Shown here: in pieces, positions 44,898 to 55,370 of the stretch
Numbering within the stretch: the stretch's first letter is position 1
Layout of the letters: each line of letters opens with the position of its first letter
Source of the DNA: Planctomycetaceae bacterium
GTDB taxonomy: Bacteria; Planctomycetota; Planctomycetia; Pirellulales; Pirellulaceae
DNA length: 64,000 bases
Direction: 5' to 3'
Assembly (NCBI GenBank): GCA_005778405.1
Contig: SXOA01000150.1
Coordinates: forward strand, 1-64,000
Program-made: the position numbers and the translations under genes
Notes under the pieces: generated by a model
Databases searched by the model: none
The model's input: the letters and a program-made list of their open reading frames with translations, nothing else
What the model was told of the DNA's origin: nothing

Positions 44898-46853
44898 TCA
44901 ATTCTCGTAGAGCAGCAGATCATCAATCTTCAGCGTGCTTCCGCCGCGAATCCCGAACCGAATCTCGTCCACGGCTGTTCCCATCTCGGCTGAGGGGAAG
45001 CTGTAATTCAGCGTCGTCTCTGTCCAGGTGCCGGTTTGGAGCTTGCTCACTCGCTGCATGCCACCCGCCAAGGGCTTGCCTGCGCGATAGAGAACGACGT
45101 CGATGGGGCCTTTTCCTTCCAGGTGATAGAGAAACTTGAGCTCGCACTCTTTGCCAAGGAGCCGCTCACCGCGGAGGCCGAGGCGAATCCAGTGCTTGTA
45201 GCCGCTTTCCGCATCGGCAGGCACTGATTTGGCATATTTCCAAGTCCGCGGCTTGTCATGAGAGGCGATTTCGAATGTGCCGGGCCATTCCTGACCCTGT
45301 TTGCCAGTATCGAACCAGCCGGTGAAGAGGATGCGATTTGGGAAAGGTCGCTTCTCATCTTTTTCAGCAGCATTGTACAGAACCACGTCGTCGATCAGCA
45401 GCTCGGCGCGAGGATCGATGTAAAACTGGATATCGTCAATCCGCTCGTCAGCCGTGAGCGGTCCACCGCTTCCGTCGGGGCGGCGCAGTTGGGTCATGTC
45501 AACCGTTGCCTGTTCCCACTTGTCCCGCGGCAAGTCCTTCACCGACAGATAACGGTGATACCCGTTGGTGAGGCTGTAAAGCTGGACCCGCAGTGTGCTG
45601 GTGCCGTGCAATTTGTACTTGAACGAGAGGCGCGTGTTTGGCCCCATCGGCGGGCCAGGGACGGGGTTGAAGATGACCGCCCGGTACATCGTCTTCACGT
45701 CACCTTGCAGGTCGTCAAAATCCTGCGTCAGGACCGCGCGGCATCCTCTCTTGCTTCCCTGGGGCAAGTCCTGCTTCTCTTCCTTCCCGCTCATCCACCA
45801 GCGGCGCTCGATATCGGTATCGTAGTCTTCGGCAACGTGGACTTTGCATGGAGAGCCGCCTTGCAATACGAGTTTACTGGCGTTCTTCGGCTCAGCGGGC
45901 AAACGCGGCTCGCCGGCGGAAACAAGCCTCTCCACGATCCAGCCGACGAGCTGTTCTTGTCTCGCGGATACAGCCACGCGGGCGTTCGGCTTTCCCTTGC
46001 CGACCGCCATCAGCCCTTGATCGTTCATCGTGAGCTGCAACTCCTCGAACTCGAATTCGCCGGGCCGCAGCAGTGAGGCGACGGCGACCGGGTCGAACAG
46101 CGTCGGCACCGGCTGGTTCCAGAGCTCCAGCAGGTTCGCCACTTGCCAGGCCAGCAGGCGGCCCGCAGCGAAGAGCTTCTGCTGCTCCTCCGGCGGCACC
46201 TTGGCGAGGGCAGTCGCGTCGAGGGGAACAATCGTGAGGGGGACGCCCGATTCCAGCACCTTCCTCGCCGCCGTCACGTCGAGTTTGATGTTCCACTCTG
46301 GCTCCGGCGGGGCCTTGCCGCTGTATCCGGCGAAGACCGAGCCCCCCATGATGACGAGCCCCTTCATCAGCTTCGCCGCCTCCGGATGGTCGGTGAGCAG
46401 CCGGGCGATGTTGGTGAGAGGGCCAATCGCCACCACCGTAATCTCGCCGGGCTGCTTCTTCAGTTCAGAAAAAAGCACTTCCGCGGCCGGCTCCTTCACC
46501 GGCTTCAGCGTCCGATTGAAAATCGCAGCCGGATGGCGGCGGTACTGAATCTGGTCGTTCACTTCCGACTTCGCCTGCGGCTCAGCACCGGCGGCCACGG
46601 GAATGCCCGACTTGCCGCACTGCGTAACAAAACGGCAGGCGAGCCAAGCCCGGTCCTCGGTTTGGCCGCCGCTGGTCGTCACCGCGCGGAGCTCGAGCTC
46701 CGGACTGGCGAGGATGAGCCCCAGCGCAAAGGCATCATCGACGTCCGTGCCGATGTCGGTGTCGAGAATGATGGGGATCGGCTTAGCGTCGGCAGCCAAG
46801 GCGGACGCGGCCAGTAGCACTGCGAGCAGGCCGCAACACAATGTCGTCTGCAT
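44898..46853 (-). CDS. inosine-uridine-preferring nucleoside hydrolase domain protein with a ~300-aa C-terminal extension
   Basis: Signal peptide. IUNH motif IILDTDIGTDVDDAFAL near the N-terminus. Confidence 0.65.
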   Translation of the reverse strand: MQTTLCCGLLAVLLAASALAADAKPIPIILDTDIGTDVDDAFALGLILASPELELRAVTTSGGQTEDRAWLACRFVTQCGKSGIPVAAGAEPQAKSEVNDQIQYRRHPAAIFNRTLKPVKEPAAEVLFSELKKQPGEITVVAIGPLTNIARLLTDHPEAAKLMKGLVIMGGSVFAGYSGKAPPEPEWNIKLDVTAARKVLESGVPLTIVPLDATALAKVPPEEQQKLFAAGRLLAWQVANLLELWNQPVPTLFDPVAVASLLRPGEFEFEELQLTMNDQGLMAVGKGKPNARVAVSARQEQLVGWIVERLVSAGEPRLPAEPKNASKLVLQGGSPCKVHVAEDYDTDIERRWWMSGKEEKQDLPQGSKRGCRAVLTQDFDDLQGDVKTMYRAVIFNPVPGPPMGPNTRLSFKYKLHGTSTLRVQLYSLTNGYHRYLSVKDLPRDKWEQATVDMTQLRRPDGSGGPLTADERIDDIQFYIDPRAELLIDDVVLYNAAEKDEKRPFPNRILFTGWFDTGKQGQEWPGTFEIASHDKPRTWKYAKSVPADAESGYKHWIRLGLRGERLLGKECELKFLYHLEGKGPIDVVLYRAGKPLAGGMQRVSKLQTGTWTETTLNYSFPSAEMGTAVDEIRFGIRGGSTLKIDDLLLYEN

Positions 46854-49800
46854 TATTTCCCTTCCTTCGCTACGGAGAACGACCGCACAATCCGGCTAGT
46901 GTTTCCCTGCTTGTCCTTGACGGAGACATCGAGCTTCGCCGACGCCAACTCGTCAATCGGCCTGGCGAGCTTCCATTCCCAGACTCCCTGCGAGACGGTC
47001 TTGAATCTGCCCGCCAGATTCTCGCCGGCGCTGGCTCCGTCAAGCGGAATGTTCGAAGTCACGCTCAGGCTCTCGGTATCGAGACCCGTGTAGGCATCGT
47101 GCATGCCGATCACGATCTTTGTGACTGTGCCGTTCTTGCCCGGCTGCGGCGAAGTAAGCGTCAGCGTCGGCCGCTGGTCGTCAAGCATCCAGCCCCGGCC
47201 CCTTTCTTCAGGCTTTTTCGGGTCATAGTCCCGGTCGAGGGGGCAGCCGAGGTCGATCCAGCGAACGAGCGTGCGGCGGTCCTCGTCAGAGAGGGGCGCA
47301 ACCTTCCCCGCGGCGACCGCATCCGGCGGCGGCATGACGCTGCCAACGAAATCAACGTCAACGCGATGTCCATTTCCCTTTGGTTCCATCTTCTTGCCAT
47401 GATCGACCAGGTCTCCTGCTCCCGGCTTGGATTCCGACGGATGGTCCTCGTTCGAGAACCCGTCCAGGCGCTTGCCGAAAACCTTCCACGTCAGCAGGCT
47501 CCGCCGTGCTTGCAGCTTGCGGATGTAGCGGGAAGCCTGCGGATAACCCCACGAGTCGTAGCCGACCGGCTTGTGGCCGTATTTGGCCCGTTCATCGACG
47601 GCGAGGCGATAATACGTCCCAGGGAATTCACCGTGGTGCTCGAAAGAGATGGGGGATTCGTCGTCCAGCACCAGATTTCCCGCCGGCTGGCCGTTCTTAG
47701 CTGTGTGGCAAGCGGCGCAGCTCCGAGTGAGTATCGGCCGGATGTCGCGGTGATACTCAACGCTCAGCGGACCCGATTGATGGCGCAAGCCAGTGTCGCC
47801 GCGGGCATCCCATCTCTGCTTCGAATCATCGGCCTCCTTAGCCGAGACGAGCGAGGTCTTCTCCGTCAGGTCAAATACCTTGTACTCGGGTTTGGCCGCC
47901 AAGGTGAGCGAGAACTCCGTCGGCTTCTGGCTATGGGCATGGCAGCCGCCGCAGTCGTGGCGGATTTCTCCCGGTCGGAGTTGATGCCACGACTGAGCCA
48001 TGTTGAGAGCCAGGCCGTGCTTGTCGAGCGTCTGAAACGTGAAGACCAGATCGGCTGGAATTTTAGCCAGGAAGCTGGTGTCTGGGTTACCATCGGGATC
48101 GAGCGGCTCCGCGCCATCCTTACCGGTGAATTTCCGCAGCGGCAACTCGCCGAGGATCCGCAGCCGCTCCATGGCGTGGCTGTAGAACTGACGGCCCGAC
48201 TTTTGGCCGCTCTTGCGGTCGGTGGTCGGCTCCATCGCCAGGATACGGACGGCATGAATGTCAGAGTTCTCGTACAGGCCGACGTCCCCTCCCTGGTTGT
48301 GCCAGGCGGTTGGCATGCCGTTGCCGTGACTGGTGAAGGCGTCGAGTCCCTTCCACGGATCGTTTCCGCCCGGATAAGTTGCCGTCACCTTCCCTTCCGG
48401 CACGCTTCCGTTGGGATAGCTTTCCCGCTTGTAGAAGCTCGACGTCCCGACAAGTCCAAACGGCGTTCCCGCTGGCAGGTGCGGCGAGCGCGAGCCGTCA
48501 TTGGCCAGCGGCTTCAGCTTCGCTGGCTCATCGATGCCATAAATCCGCTTGTACGGCACGACGGCCCGCGGCCAGCTTTCGTTGTAGTTCGGGTCGTTCT
48601 TGATCAGCCGCATCTCTCCCGGCTCCTCGAGCACTTTGCCGTCCTTGATGAGATAGATGCCACCGTCGAGCTGCGGCAAAAAGGTGTACTGGTGATTGAC
48701 CGGCCCCGGCGACCAGATGGTCAGCAGATGATTGTCGGGCGCGCCGGAAGGATGCGTAAACTTGCCGACTTTCGGCGAATTCTTGTCGTCGAAAATCGAC
48801 TCGTCCGCCGGCCCTTCCTGATTCAGTGCGAACGGCGTGAAAGAAACCGCTCCGGTCGGCATGAACGGCAGGTAGTAATATTTTCCTTTGCCGTTATAGA
48901 AGCGACCGAAACGGAGCGGCGGGTTCCGCGGATCCCGCATATTTGCGGGGCCAAAGCCGGCATAACCCTTGGGCGGCGACGGCGGCATTTTTAGATAGGC
49001 GCCAAAGCCGGAATTATTCTGATTGTAGTACTCCTCAATGATCAGTGACCCATCCGAAAGCTGCGTTTGAAAGTGAAACCCGTTCGAGGCTCCGCCAGGA
49101 TCAAATGCGCTTACCAGCGGTCCCCAGTTGGTTCCGTCGGGATGAATCGTCCAAATTCCCCAGGAGATCTCGCTGCGGATTCCCTGCGATTCCAGACTGC
49201 TAAACATGATTCGACCGTCGGCCAACACGACGGGATGAAGGGCACCCGCGATGTTGAGGTGGCCAATCTTCTCGATGTTGGCGGGATACTCTTCCGCGGC
49301 ATCGACGCTTTCGTCCCGGTCGTCCATCACAAACAGTTGCAGGGCGATGGCCGGATACCCCTTGCTCGGTCGATAACCCTCTCGGTTGCTGGTGAAGACA
49401 ATTTTTCCGCCCGGCAACGGATGCGGCCCCATGTTGAAGACGCCATAGTCATAGGCCGTCTTGCCATCGTCACCTTTGCGATAGTCAGCCCCCCAATTGG
49501 CCGCGCCAGTGTTCGGCACAAACTGCTGATTCGTCAGCCGGACGATACGGCGGCTCTTCAAGTGGATTTTGAAAATGTCAGCCCCTTCCTTCGGCGGCGA
49601 CCACTGGTTGGCGTTTTGAAGATTGTAGAGATGAACGTAGTAGGCCCACTCGCCGTCGAAGGAAATGACCGGATCGGTAATCGAGCCTTTCCCTCCCTCG
49701 ACGAGCAGTTCCTCGCTGCCGTCGGGATGCAGCAGCATCAAATCGGCCCCCGCCTCCATCGTCACCGGCTGGGAGAAATCGGTGTAGAACCGCTTGTGGA

Positions 49801-49990
49801 TTTTGTCCCCCGCCCGTTTGGCCCGGACGTAGACAATGTCGTAGTCGTACTTGAGCGACGGATCGTCTTTGATCGGCGGCGGATTGACGTTGAGCTTCTG
49901 GGTGAACAGCGGCTCTTCCTCGCCCGAAACCGACAGCGCCATCAATAGAGGAAAGAGCAGGACAGAGAAGAAAGTGAAAAAGCGTCGCAT
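46853..49990 (-). CDS. large secreted protein with beta-propeller-like repeats and two c-type heme motifs (CGGCH, CAACH)
   Basis: 1073-aa ORF. The probable start is the Met before the hydrophobic signal (MRRFFTFFSVLLFPLLMALS). Confidence 0.5.
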   Translation of the reverse strand: MRRFFTFFSVLLFPLLMALSVSGEEEPLFTQKLNVNPPPIKDDPSLKYDYDIVYVRAKRAGDKIHKRFYTDFSQPVTMEAGADLMLLHPDGSEELLVEGGKGSITDPVISFDGEWAYYVHLYNLQNANQWSPPKEGADIFKIHLKSRRIVRLTNQQFVPNTGAANWGADYRKGDDGKTAYDYGVFNMGPHPLPGGKIVFTSNREGYRPSKGYPAIALQLFVMDDRDESVDAAEEYPANIEKIGHLNIAGALHPVVLADGRIMFSSLESQGIRSEISWGIWTIHPDGTNWGPLVSAFDPGGASNGFHFQTQLSDGSLIIEEYYNQNNSGFGAYLKMPPSPPKGYAGFGPANMRDPRNPPLRFGRFYNGKGKYYYLPFMPTGAVSFTPFALNQEGPADESIFDDKNSPKVGKFTHPSGAPDNHLLTIWSPGPVNHQYTFLPQLDGGIYLIKDGKVLEEPGEMRLIKNDPNYNESWPRAVVPYKRIYGIDEPAKLKPLANDGSRSPHLPAGTPFGLVGTSSFYKRESYPNGSVPEGKVTATYPGGNDPWKGLDAFTSHGNGMPTAWHNQGGDVGLYENSDIHAVRILAMEPTTDRKSGQKSGRQFYSHAMERLRILGELPLRKFTGKDGAEPLDPDGNPDTSFLAKIPADLVFTFQTLDKHGLALNMAQSWHQLRPGEIRHDCGGCHAHSQKPTEFSLTLAAKPEYKVFDLTEKTSLVSAKEADDSKQRWDARGDTGLRHQSGPLSVEYHRDIRPILTRSCAACHTAKNGQPAGNLVLDDESPISFEHHGEFPGTYYRLAVDERAKYGHKPVGYDSWGYPQASRYIRKLQARRSLLTWKVFGKRLDGFSNEDHPSESKPGAGDLVDHGKKMEPKGNGHRVDVDFVGSVMPPPDAVAAGKVAPLSDEDRRTLVRWIDLGCPLDRDYDPKKPEERGRGWMLDDQRPTLTLTSPQPGKNGTVTKIVIGMHDAYTGLDTESLSVTSNIPLDGASAGENLAGRFKTVSQGVWEWKLARPIDELASAKLDVSVKDKQGNTSRIVRSFSVAKEGK

Positions 49991-50116
49991 CGTCAAACCT
50001 CTACAAGGCGGGGAAGGGCTTCTGGATTCGATCATTGTGGAACACTGCCAGCCTCCTTCGCAACCTGTCACCATTTTTTTCTGTAAGATGCCACCAGGGT
50101 CGTCACTGAATCACCA

Positions 50117-50857
50117 TTGCTTTCGGAGGCCATTATGAACTTCGCCTGGAAACTTACAACACTCTTCTGCTTCCTCATGCTTTTGGGCAACGCCCGCGCC
50201 GACGAAAAGGACTCTCCACTCCCCAAAGTTACCATCGATGGCAACGGCCCCGGCTGGGTGGAGCTAGGCGACAAAGATTTCACCAACAATAATTGCGACG
50301 ATGATACTTGGACTTGGAAGGATGGTTCGTTGCATTGCACCGGCAAGCCAGTCGGTGTCATCCGTTCCAACAAGCAGTACAAGAATTTTGAGATCGTCGT
50401 GCAGTGGAAGCATCTCAAGTCCGCGGGGAACTCCGGCGTTTTCGTCTGGACCACGGAAGAATCGCTCAAGGCAGTGAAGAAGGGACAGCTTCCCAAGGGC
50501 ATCGAAGTCCAGGTTCTCGACCACGGCTACGCCGAGCAGTATCAAAAGCAGACCGGCAAGAAAGGGGACTGGTTCACCACGAATGGCGACGTCTTCGCCG
50601 TCGGCGTGAAAATGAATCCCTTTCCGCCGCTCTCTCCCGATAAGAGCCGCAGCTTTCCGCGGAAAGACCTGGCGAAAGGGCACGGCGAATGGAACCACTA
50701 CTACATTCGGGCCATCAACGGCGAGGTTCGCCTCTGGGTGAACGGTGAAGAAGTCTCCGGCGGCAGCGGCTGTGAACCCGCCAGCGGCTTCCTGTGCCTG
50801 GAGTCCGAAGGCTCGCCTATTGAGTTTAAGAACATCCGGATTCGGGAGTTGCCCTAG
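50117..50857 (+). CDS. DUF1080 (3-keto-disaccharide hydrolase-like) secreted protein
   Basis: Signal peptide and conserved DUF1080 blocks (..GW..G...F.....DG.L...G....NSG.F...). Confidence 0.65.
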   Translation: MLSEAIMNFAWKLTTLFCFLMLLGNARADEKDSPLPKVTIDGNGPGWVELGDKDFTNNNCDDDTWTWKDGSLHCTGKPVGVIRSNKQYKNFEIVVQWKHLKSAGNSGVFVWTTEESLKAVKKGQLPKGIEVQVLDHGYAEQYQKQTGKKGDWFTTNGDVFAVGVKMNPFPPLSPDKSRSFPRKDLAKGHGEWNHYYIRAINGEVRLWVNGEEVSGGSGCEPASGFLCLESEGSPIEFKNIRIRELP

Positions 50858-50877
50858 GTCGAAATCCAAACTGCCTG

Positions 50878-51324
50878 TTAGCGCCGCGGTCGCTGCTTGG
50901 CCGAGATGGACTTGATGATCAGGTTTCCGCGAGTGGACTCATCCATGGGACGCTTGGCGAGCACGAGAGCTTGGGTGATGAGTGCCCGCACTTCCGGTTT
51001 GTCCAAATCTCCTGCGTCCGCGAGGCGAATGTTGCGGACGACTTTGCCTGCGCCGCGCAGGAGCTTGCCTGGGTCCTTGAGTTTCGGTCCCTTCTGCAAA
51101 AAACAGAGAATGAGGCCTCCGGCGAATGCGGCTAGGGAGAAGATGGCCTCGGATGGTTTTTCGGTGGGCCCAAAACCGACAACCAGGAAATTGTAGTTGT
51201 CGTACACCAATTGAACCGCGTTTGGGAACAGGGCTCTCATTTTCTTGAGCGAGCCCTTGATCAGCGCGGCATTTTCGGGACTGAACTTGCGAATGAACGC
51301 GGCAAGTTGTTTGGCGGGAGTCAC
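50878..51324 (-). CDS. DUF1801 (YdhG-like) domain protein
   Basis: 148 aa; only a weak length and composition resemblance to the DUF1801 family. Confidence 0.5.
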   Translation of the reverse strand: MTPAKQLAAFIRKFSPENAALIKGSLKKMRALFPNAVQLVYDNYNFLVVGFGPTEKPSEAIFSLAAFAGGLILCFLQKGPKLKDPGKLLRGAGKVVRNIRLADAGDLDKPEVRALITQALVLAKRPMDESTRGNLIIKSISAKQRPRR

Positions 51325-51328
51325 GTGC

Positions 51329-53461
51329 CTACACCTTTACATCCTCGTTCCGCACCTTGCCGGTGAAGGAGAGCTCGACCGAGGCGAGGCGGATGCCAGC
51401 GGCTTTTCCGGCAGGAAGGGCCAGCGGACCGTCGCTGGTTTTCTCGATGAGAATAGCGATGCCGAGGCCGAGGCCGAAAGAGAAGTTGGAACCGGGGGTG
51501 GGGTTCACAAACTCTTTGGCAAGCTCGAAACGGTCCATCCGCGACATCCCTTCCGGTGTGAATTGCGGGATGATGGGAATACTGATGTGCTCCTTCCGGG
51601 CCGTGGCTTTTTTGGCAGCCTCTGTGTATTGGAAGAAGAGGAGCTTGCAGGAGAAGTGTTTGAGGAAGTTGGCGTCGTAGAATTCCTTGTCCGGCGCGAA
51701 GCCGCAAGCGGTGATGGCAACTTTGTAGGTTCCGGCGAAGGGGCTGCGGACTTCTTGGGCGAGCAGCGCGGTGGTCCCTTTGGCAATGATGACGGGAAGA
51801 GCTCCTTCCAACCCAAAACCGATTTGCAATCTGCCAGGGAGCCTCTGCACGGCGAGCGAACCGCTCGTGTCCGCCGAGGCGATGGGACTGGCCTTCCAAC
51901 CCCGTGGACGGGCGGCCCCTTCTGCGGGGGAGAGTTTCGCAGCGCCGGTGAAGTCGCTGTCCAGCAACATCTGGTTTTCGTCGAAAGCCGGAACCCGCGT
52001 GACATCCCCGGTACAGGTACAGCGCTCATTCGTCGCGGGGACGATGCCGAGCAGCTTGTGGAGAGGAGTGCCGATGGTCAGCTTGTGCTCGCGCCCTTCG
52101 CGATCGTGAAAAGTGCTGGTGGGGTTGATGCCGACGAGATGGAACAGCGTGGCGACGTAGTCGTGCGGTTCGACTTTGTCGGTGGCGGGATAGCCCCCCT
52201 GCTTGTCGCTGCTACCGTAGACCTGGCCGCCGGAGATGCCGCCGCCGGCCAGCGCGCAGGAGAAGACCGGGCCCCAGTGGTCCCGCCCGCCGTTGGGGTT
52301 GACCTTGGGAGTGCGGCCGAACTCGCCGACAGCGACGACCAGCGTTGTTTCGAGCAGGCCCCGTTCGGCGAGGTCTTCCAAAAGGGCCGAAAAGCCGACG
52401 TCGAACGTCGGGCAAAGCACGTCTTCCACCCGCTCCGCGTTCTGGGCGTGCGTATCCCACAAAGGGTTGTCCACCGAGCTGTCTCCCGGCTCGCGCGGCC
52501 ACTGAACGTGAACGAGGCGGACGCCGGCTTCCACGAGGCGGCGGGCAAGGAGGGCGCACTGGCCGAAGCGGGTGCGGCCGTAGCGGTCGCGGATTTTGCC
52601 CGGTTCTCTTTCGATGGCGAATGCCTCGCGGGCTTTGCCGGATGTGAGCAAGTCAAACGCTTGCCGCTGAAAGCTGCCGTAGAGGTTGACCGCGGGGCCG
52701 CGTTCCTGCAACTCGAAGTGTTTTTCGACCTGCTTGAGCAGTTGCTCTCGCCGTTTGAGGCGGAGCGGAGGCAGTTCGGAGAGGCGCAACCCTTCCACCT
52801 GATAATCTGGGCGGGCCGGATCGCCGACGAAGCGGTCCACATCCCATTCGCTTCCCATGATGCCCGCGGTCTGGCCCGCCGGCGTGACGCTGTCGTTCAG
52901 CCGGGCGATATCCGGTAGCCAGACTGTCGAAAGCGGTGGCAGCGTGTCGCTCGGCTTGAATTTCTTGACCAGGCTTCCCCAGTACGGCCAGTCCGTCGGC
53001 TGGATGGTGCGGCTGTTCGGCCCCGTGTATTTGTAGCCGGTCCAGAGCCAGTAGCCGCTGGAGTCGTGCGTGTTGTCGTTCGTGGAAAGCGAGCGGATGA
53101 TCGCCAGCTTATCCGCATGAGCCGCCGTCCGGGGCAAAAGCTCGCAGAACTGAATCCCCGGCACGTTGGTGTTGATCGGTTTGAACGGCCCGCGGACTTC
53201 TAGCGGCGCATCGGGCTTGGGATCGAACGTCTCATGCTGCGGCGGCCCGCCGGCCAGCCACAGAAAGATCACGCTCTTGGCCTTCCCAAACGACTTATCC
53301 GTCGGCAGAATCCCCGGCGCAACTGTCGGACTTCCCCACACATTCCCGGCCATTACCTGCGGCAGCGACAGCCCGAGCGCCGATAGCCCGCCAATGCGCA
53401 GCAACTCCCGCCGCGAGAAGCCGCTGCAAAGTCGGGCGGGGGAAGTGAGGAGGGAGAGCAT
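51329..53461 (-). CDS. DUF1501 domain protein with a Tat signal and a ~250-aa C-terminal extension
   Basis: SRRELLRIGGLSALGLSL Tat motif; conserved DUF1501 blocks. Confidence 0.7.
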   Translation of the reverse strand: MLSLLTSPARLCSGFSRRELLRIGGLSALGLSLPQVMAGNVWGSPTVAPGILPTDKSFGKAKSVIFLWLAGGPPQHETFDPKPDAPLEVRGPFKPINTNVPGIQFCELLPRTAAHADKLAIIRSLSTNDNTHDSSGYWLWTGYKYTGPNSRTIQPTDWPYWGSLVKKFKPSDTLPPLSTVWLPDIARLNDSVTPAGQTAGIMGSEWDVDRFVGDPARPDYQVEGLRLSELPPLRLKRREQLLKQVEKHFELQERGPAVNLYGSFQRQAFDLLTSGKAREAFAIEREPGKIRDRYGRTRFGQCALLARRLVEAGVRLVHVQWPREPGDSSVDNPLWDTHAQNAERVEDVLCPTFDVGFSALLEDLAERGLLETTLVVAVGEFGRTPKVNPNGGRDHWGPVFSCALAGGGISGGQVYGSSDKQGGYPATDKVEPHDYVATLFHLVGINPTSTFHDREGREHKLTIGTPLHKLLGIVPATNERCTCTGDVTRVPAFDENQMLLDSDFTGAAKLSPAEGAARPRGWKASPIASADTSGSLAVQRLPGRLQIGFGLEGALPVIIAKGTTALLAQEVRSPFAGTYKVAITACGFAPDKEFYDANFLKHFSCKLLFFQYTEAAKKATARKEHISIPIIPQFTPEGMSRMDRFELAKEFVNPTPGSNFSFGLGLGIAILIEKTSDGPLALPAGKAAGIRLASVELSFTGKVRNEDVKV

Positions 53462-53513
53462 TGGTGGGAGTGGCCTGAGGCTTCTATTACGTTAACGCAG
53501 GCCGCTGGCAGGG

Positions 53514-55115
53514 TCAACTTTGAATCCCCGCCAGATTCTTCAGCAGCGGCACGAGCATCTCTTCCGGGAACAGACAGAACGAATATTCGCGCGAGCCGAG
53601 GATGCGGGCGCGGTGCAGGTCGGCGACGAGCTTCTCACGATGCTGGCGAAGCTGTTCTCTAAATGGTTCGAGCAGCGACGACATCCTCTCATTGGCGCTG
53701 CTGACCTGATCGTGCCAGGTTTTTTTCTGCTTCTCCCGCCACCGATGAGCAATGAGTTCTTGCTTCTGTTTCACAATAGCGGCGAATTCGGCCCGATGAT
53801 GGCCGGAATAGTCGTCAAGAAGCCTCTCGGGATGATGGATGGAGTCGCGATATTGCCGGTCGAGGGCAGTCAAATCATCCGGCGTTACCTGCGGTAGTTC
53901 CAGTGGCAAACGAACAGTGGCGGTGGCCGTGACAAACGCCGGGGGCTCGATGTTGAAGAAGCGGCGGATGATGGCGTCGGTGACTTCGTCGTACTTCGCC
54001 CCGCCGATGCCGTGGATGAACAGGTCGGAGAGGACCAGCCGGGCGTACATGGTAGTGATGAGAGCGCGGGGTCGGATACGGATGTCCGGCAATTGGATGG
54101 CATTTTCCCAAACTTGATCTTTCGTTAAGCGAAGTCCCACTCGGTCGGTCACTTCCCAGGAATCACCCCGGCTTCGTGCAAATAGTCGCCGACGTTGTGG
54201 TCTTGGGGCGTCCCAGATCCAGAAGGGCATTTCCAGCCAGTCGTCTTCCTGGATGAGGTCCGGCATCGGATGCAATCGATTCCGGATGTGGTTGACCGTG
54301 CGGAATTCGGCGAGGGCGGCGTTGTAGATCGCATGAAACAAGACCGACCGCTCGAAGAGAATCGAGAGGAACTGATACCAGCCTGCCGAGCGACAAATGA
54401 GACTGATGTCAAAGTCAGAGGTTTTCAGCCCGTGAGCCTCTTCCATTGCAGCGCGAGCGTAACCCAGGACATCGCCTAGTCCCATTTGGCTGCCGTCGGC
54501 CAGGCGGCGAGCATGTCGCCAAAGGTGCTCGATGATTAGCGGCTGCGAGGGGGAGTGTGAAGCGGCTCTTAGGGGAGCATAGGCGGCCAGGACGCGCGAT
54601 GCGAAGCTGTCGAATACTGGTCGCGCGATGATGCGACGCTCTTCCCAGGGCATTTCCTCCGCGGGAGCATCGAACGGAATGTCTTCTAATCGTGGAGCAT
54701 CAATGGCCGCCGTGGGGATGCGAATGTTGGGGCTCCGGATCACATCGTTATCAACCGTTAGGTTGATTGCCTCGCCGCCGACTTGCCGCGCTATCTCGCT
54801 CAGCAGAAAGTTCTTCAGCCAGACTCCCGAGTGATAGAGCGTGGGCTGATGACCGGTCGCGATGAAGGGCTTTCCAATGTCAGAATGGGTGACATCCAGC
54901 CACCGTTTTAGGTCGTCCCTGGCGGAAGTGCCGATCGCCGAAAAGTGAACGCCGGAATGCCGGTCCCAATCCTTGGCCAGCGTCTGGTTGCGTGCTACCA
55001 GCGCCGGAATCTCCGCTATCGGCGGCTCGATGAGGGCCGTTTGGTCCGCGACCGGAGCACGGAAACGGCGGTAACGAAGAGGTTCGCCAGCCGCCGTCAT
55101 GATGGTGCTCTCCAC
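53514..55115 (-). CDS. putative bacillithiol biosynthesis cysteine-adding enzyme BshC-like protein
   Basis: 533 aa, matching BshC length. ..ATGHQPTLYHSGVWLK.. resembles the BshC GGQQxGLxxGPLYT block. Confidence 0.4.
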   Translation of the reverse strand: MESTIMTAAGEPLRYRRFRAPVADQTALIEPPIAEIPALVARNQTLAKDWDRHSGVHFSAIGTSARDDLKRWLDVTHSDIGKPFIATGHQPTLYHSGVWLKNFLLSEIARQVGGEAINLTVDNDVIRSPNIRIPTAAIDAPRLEDIPFDAPAEEMPWEERRIIARPVFDSFASRVLAAYAPLRAASHSPSQPLIIEHLWRHARRLADGSQMGLGDVLGYARAAMEEAHGLKTSDFDISLICRSAGWYQFLSILFERSVLFHAIYNAALAEFRTVNHIRNRLHPMPDLIQEDDWLEMPFWIWDAPRPQRRRLFARSRGDSWEVTDRVGLRLTKDQVWENAIQLPDIRIRPRALITTMYARLVLSDLFIHGIGGAKYDEVTDAIIRRFFNIEPPAFVTATATVRLPLELPQVTPDDLTALDRQYRDSIHHPERLLDDYSGHHRAEFAAIVKQKQELIAHRWREKQKKTWHDQVSSANERMSSLLEPFREQLRQHREKLVADLHRARILGSREYSFCLFPEEMLVPLLKNLAGIQS

Positions 55116-55370
55116 TCCTCAATACGCCCAATTCATGAATTCTACCATGCGCTCCGTCTCATTCCTGCCAAATACAGTATTCAGACTGATGACACTTCTA
55201 GCGGCAACCTACCACCAGAAAACTCGGCCGCATTCGTTGCAACCTCTTATTCTGTTGTCGTTTGCGCATGTCGGCAAGGGTCATTCGGCACAGGCGCTGC
55301 GTAGTCTATTTCCGTGCCGGTCCAAGAGAGACTGGCGAATTCTTACCCCGGTTTGGCAAAGGAGATTGGC

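Noticed and set aside
46841-48994. 717-aa + strand ORF
   Set aside because: It lies antisense inside the 1073-aa secreted heme protein gene. It is Arg/Ala/Val-rich with no domain, so it is a GC-driven spurious frame.
51245-52918. 557-aa + strand ORF
   Set aside because: It is antisense to the DUF1501-family gene 51329-53461. It is Gly/Ala/Arg-rich with no motif.
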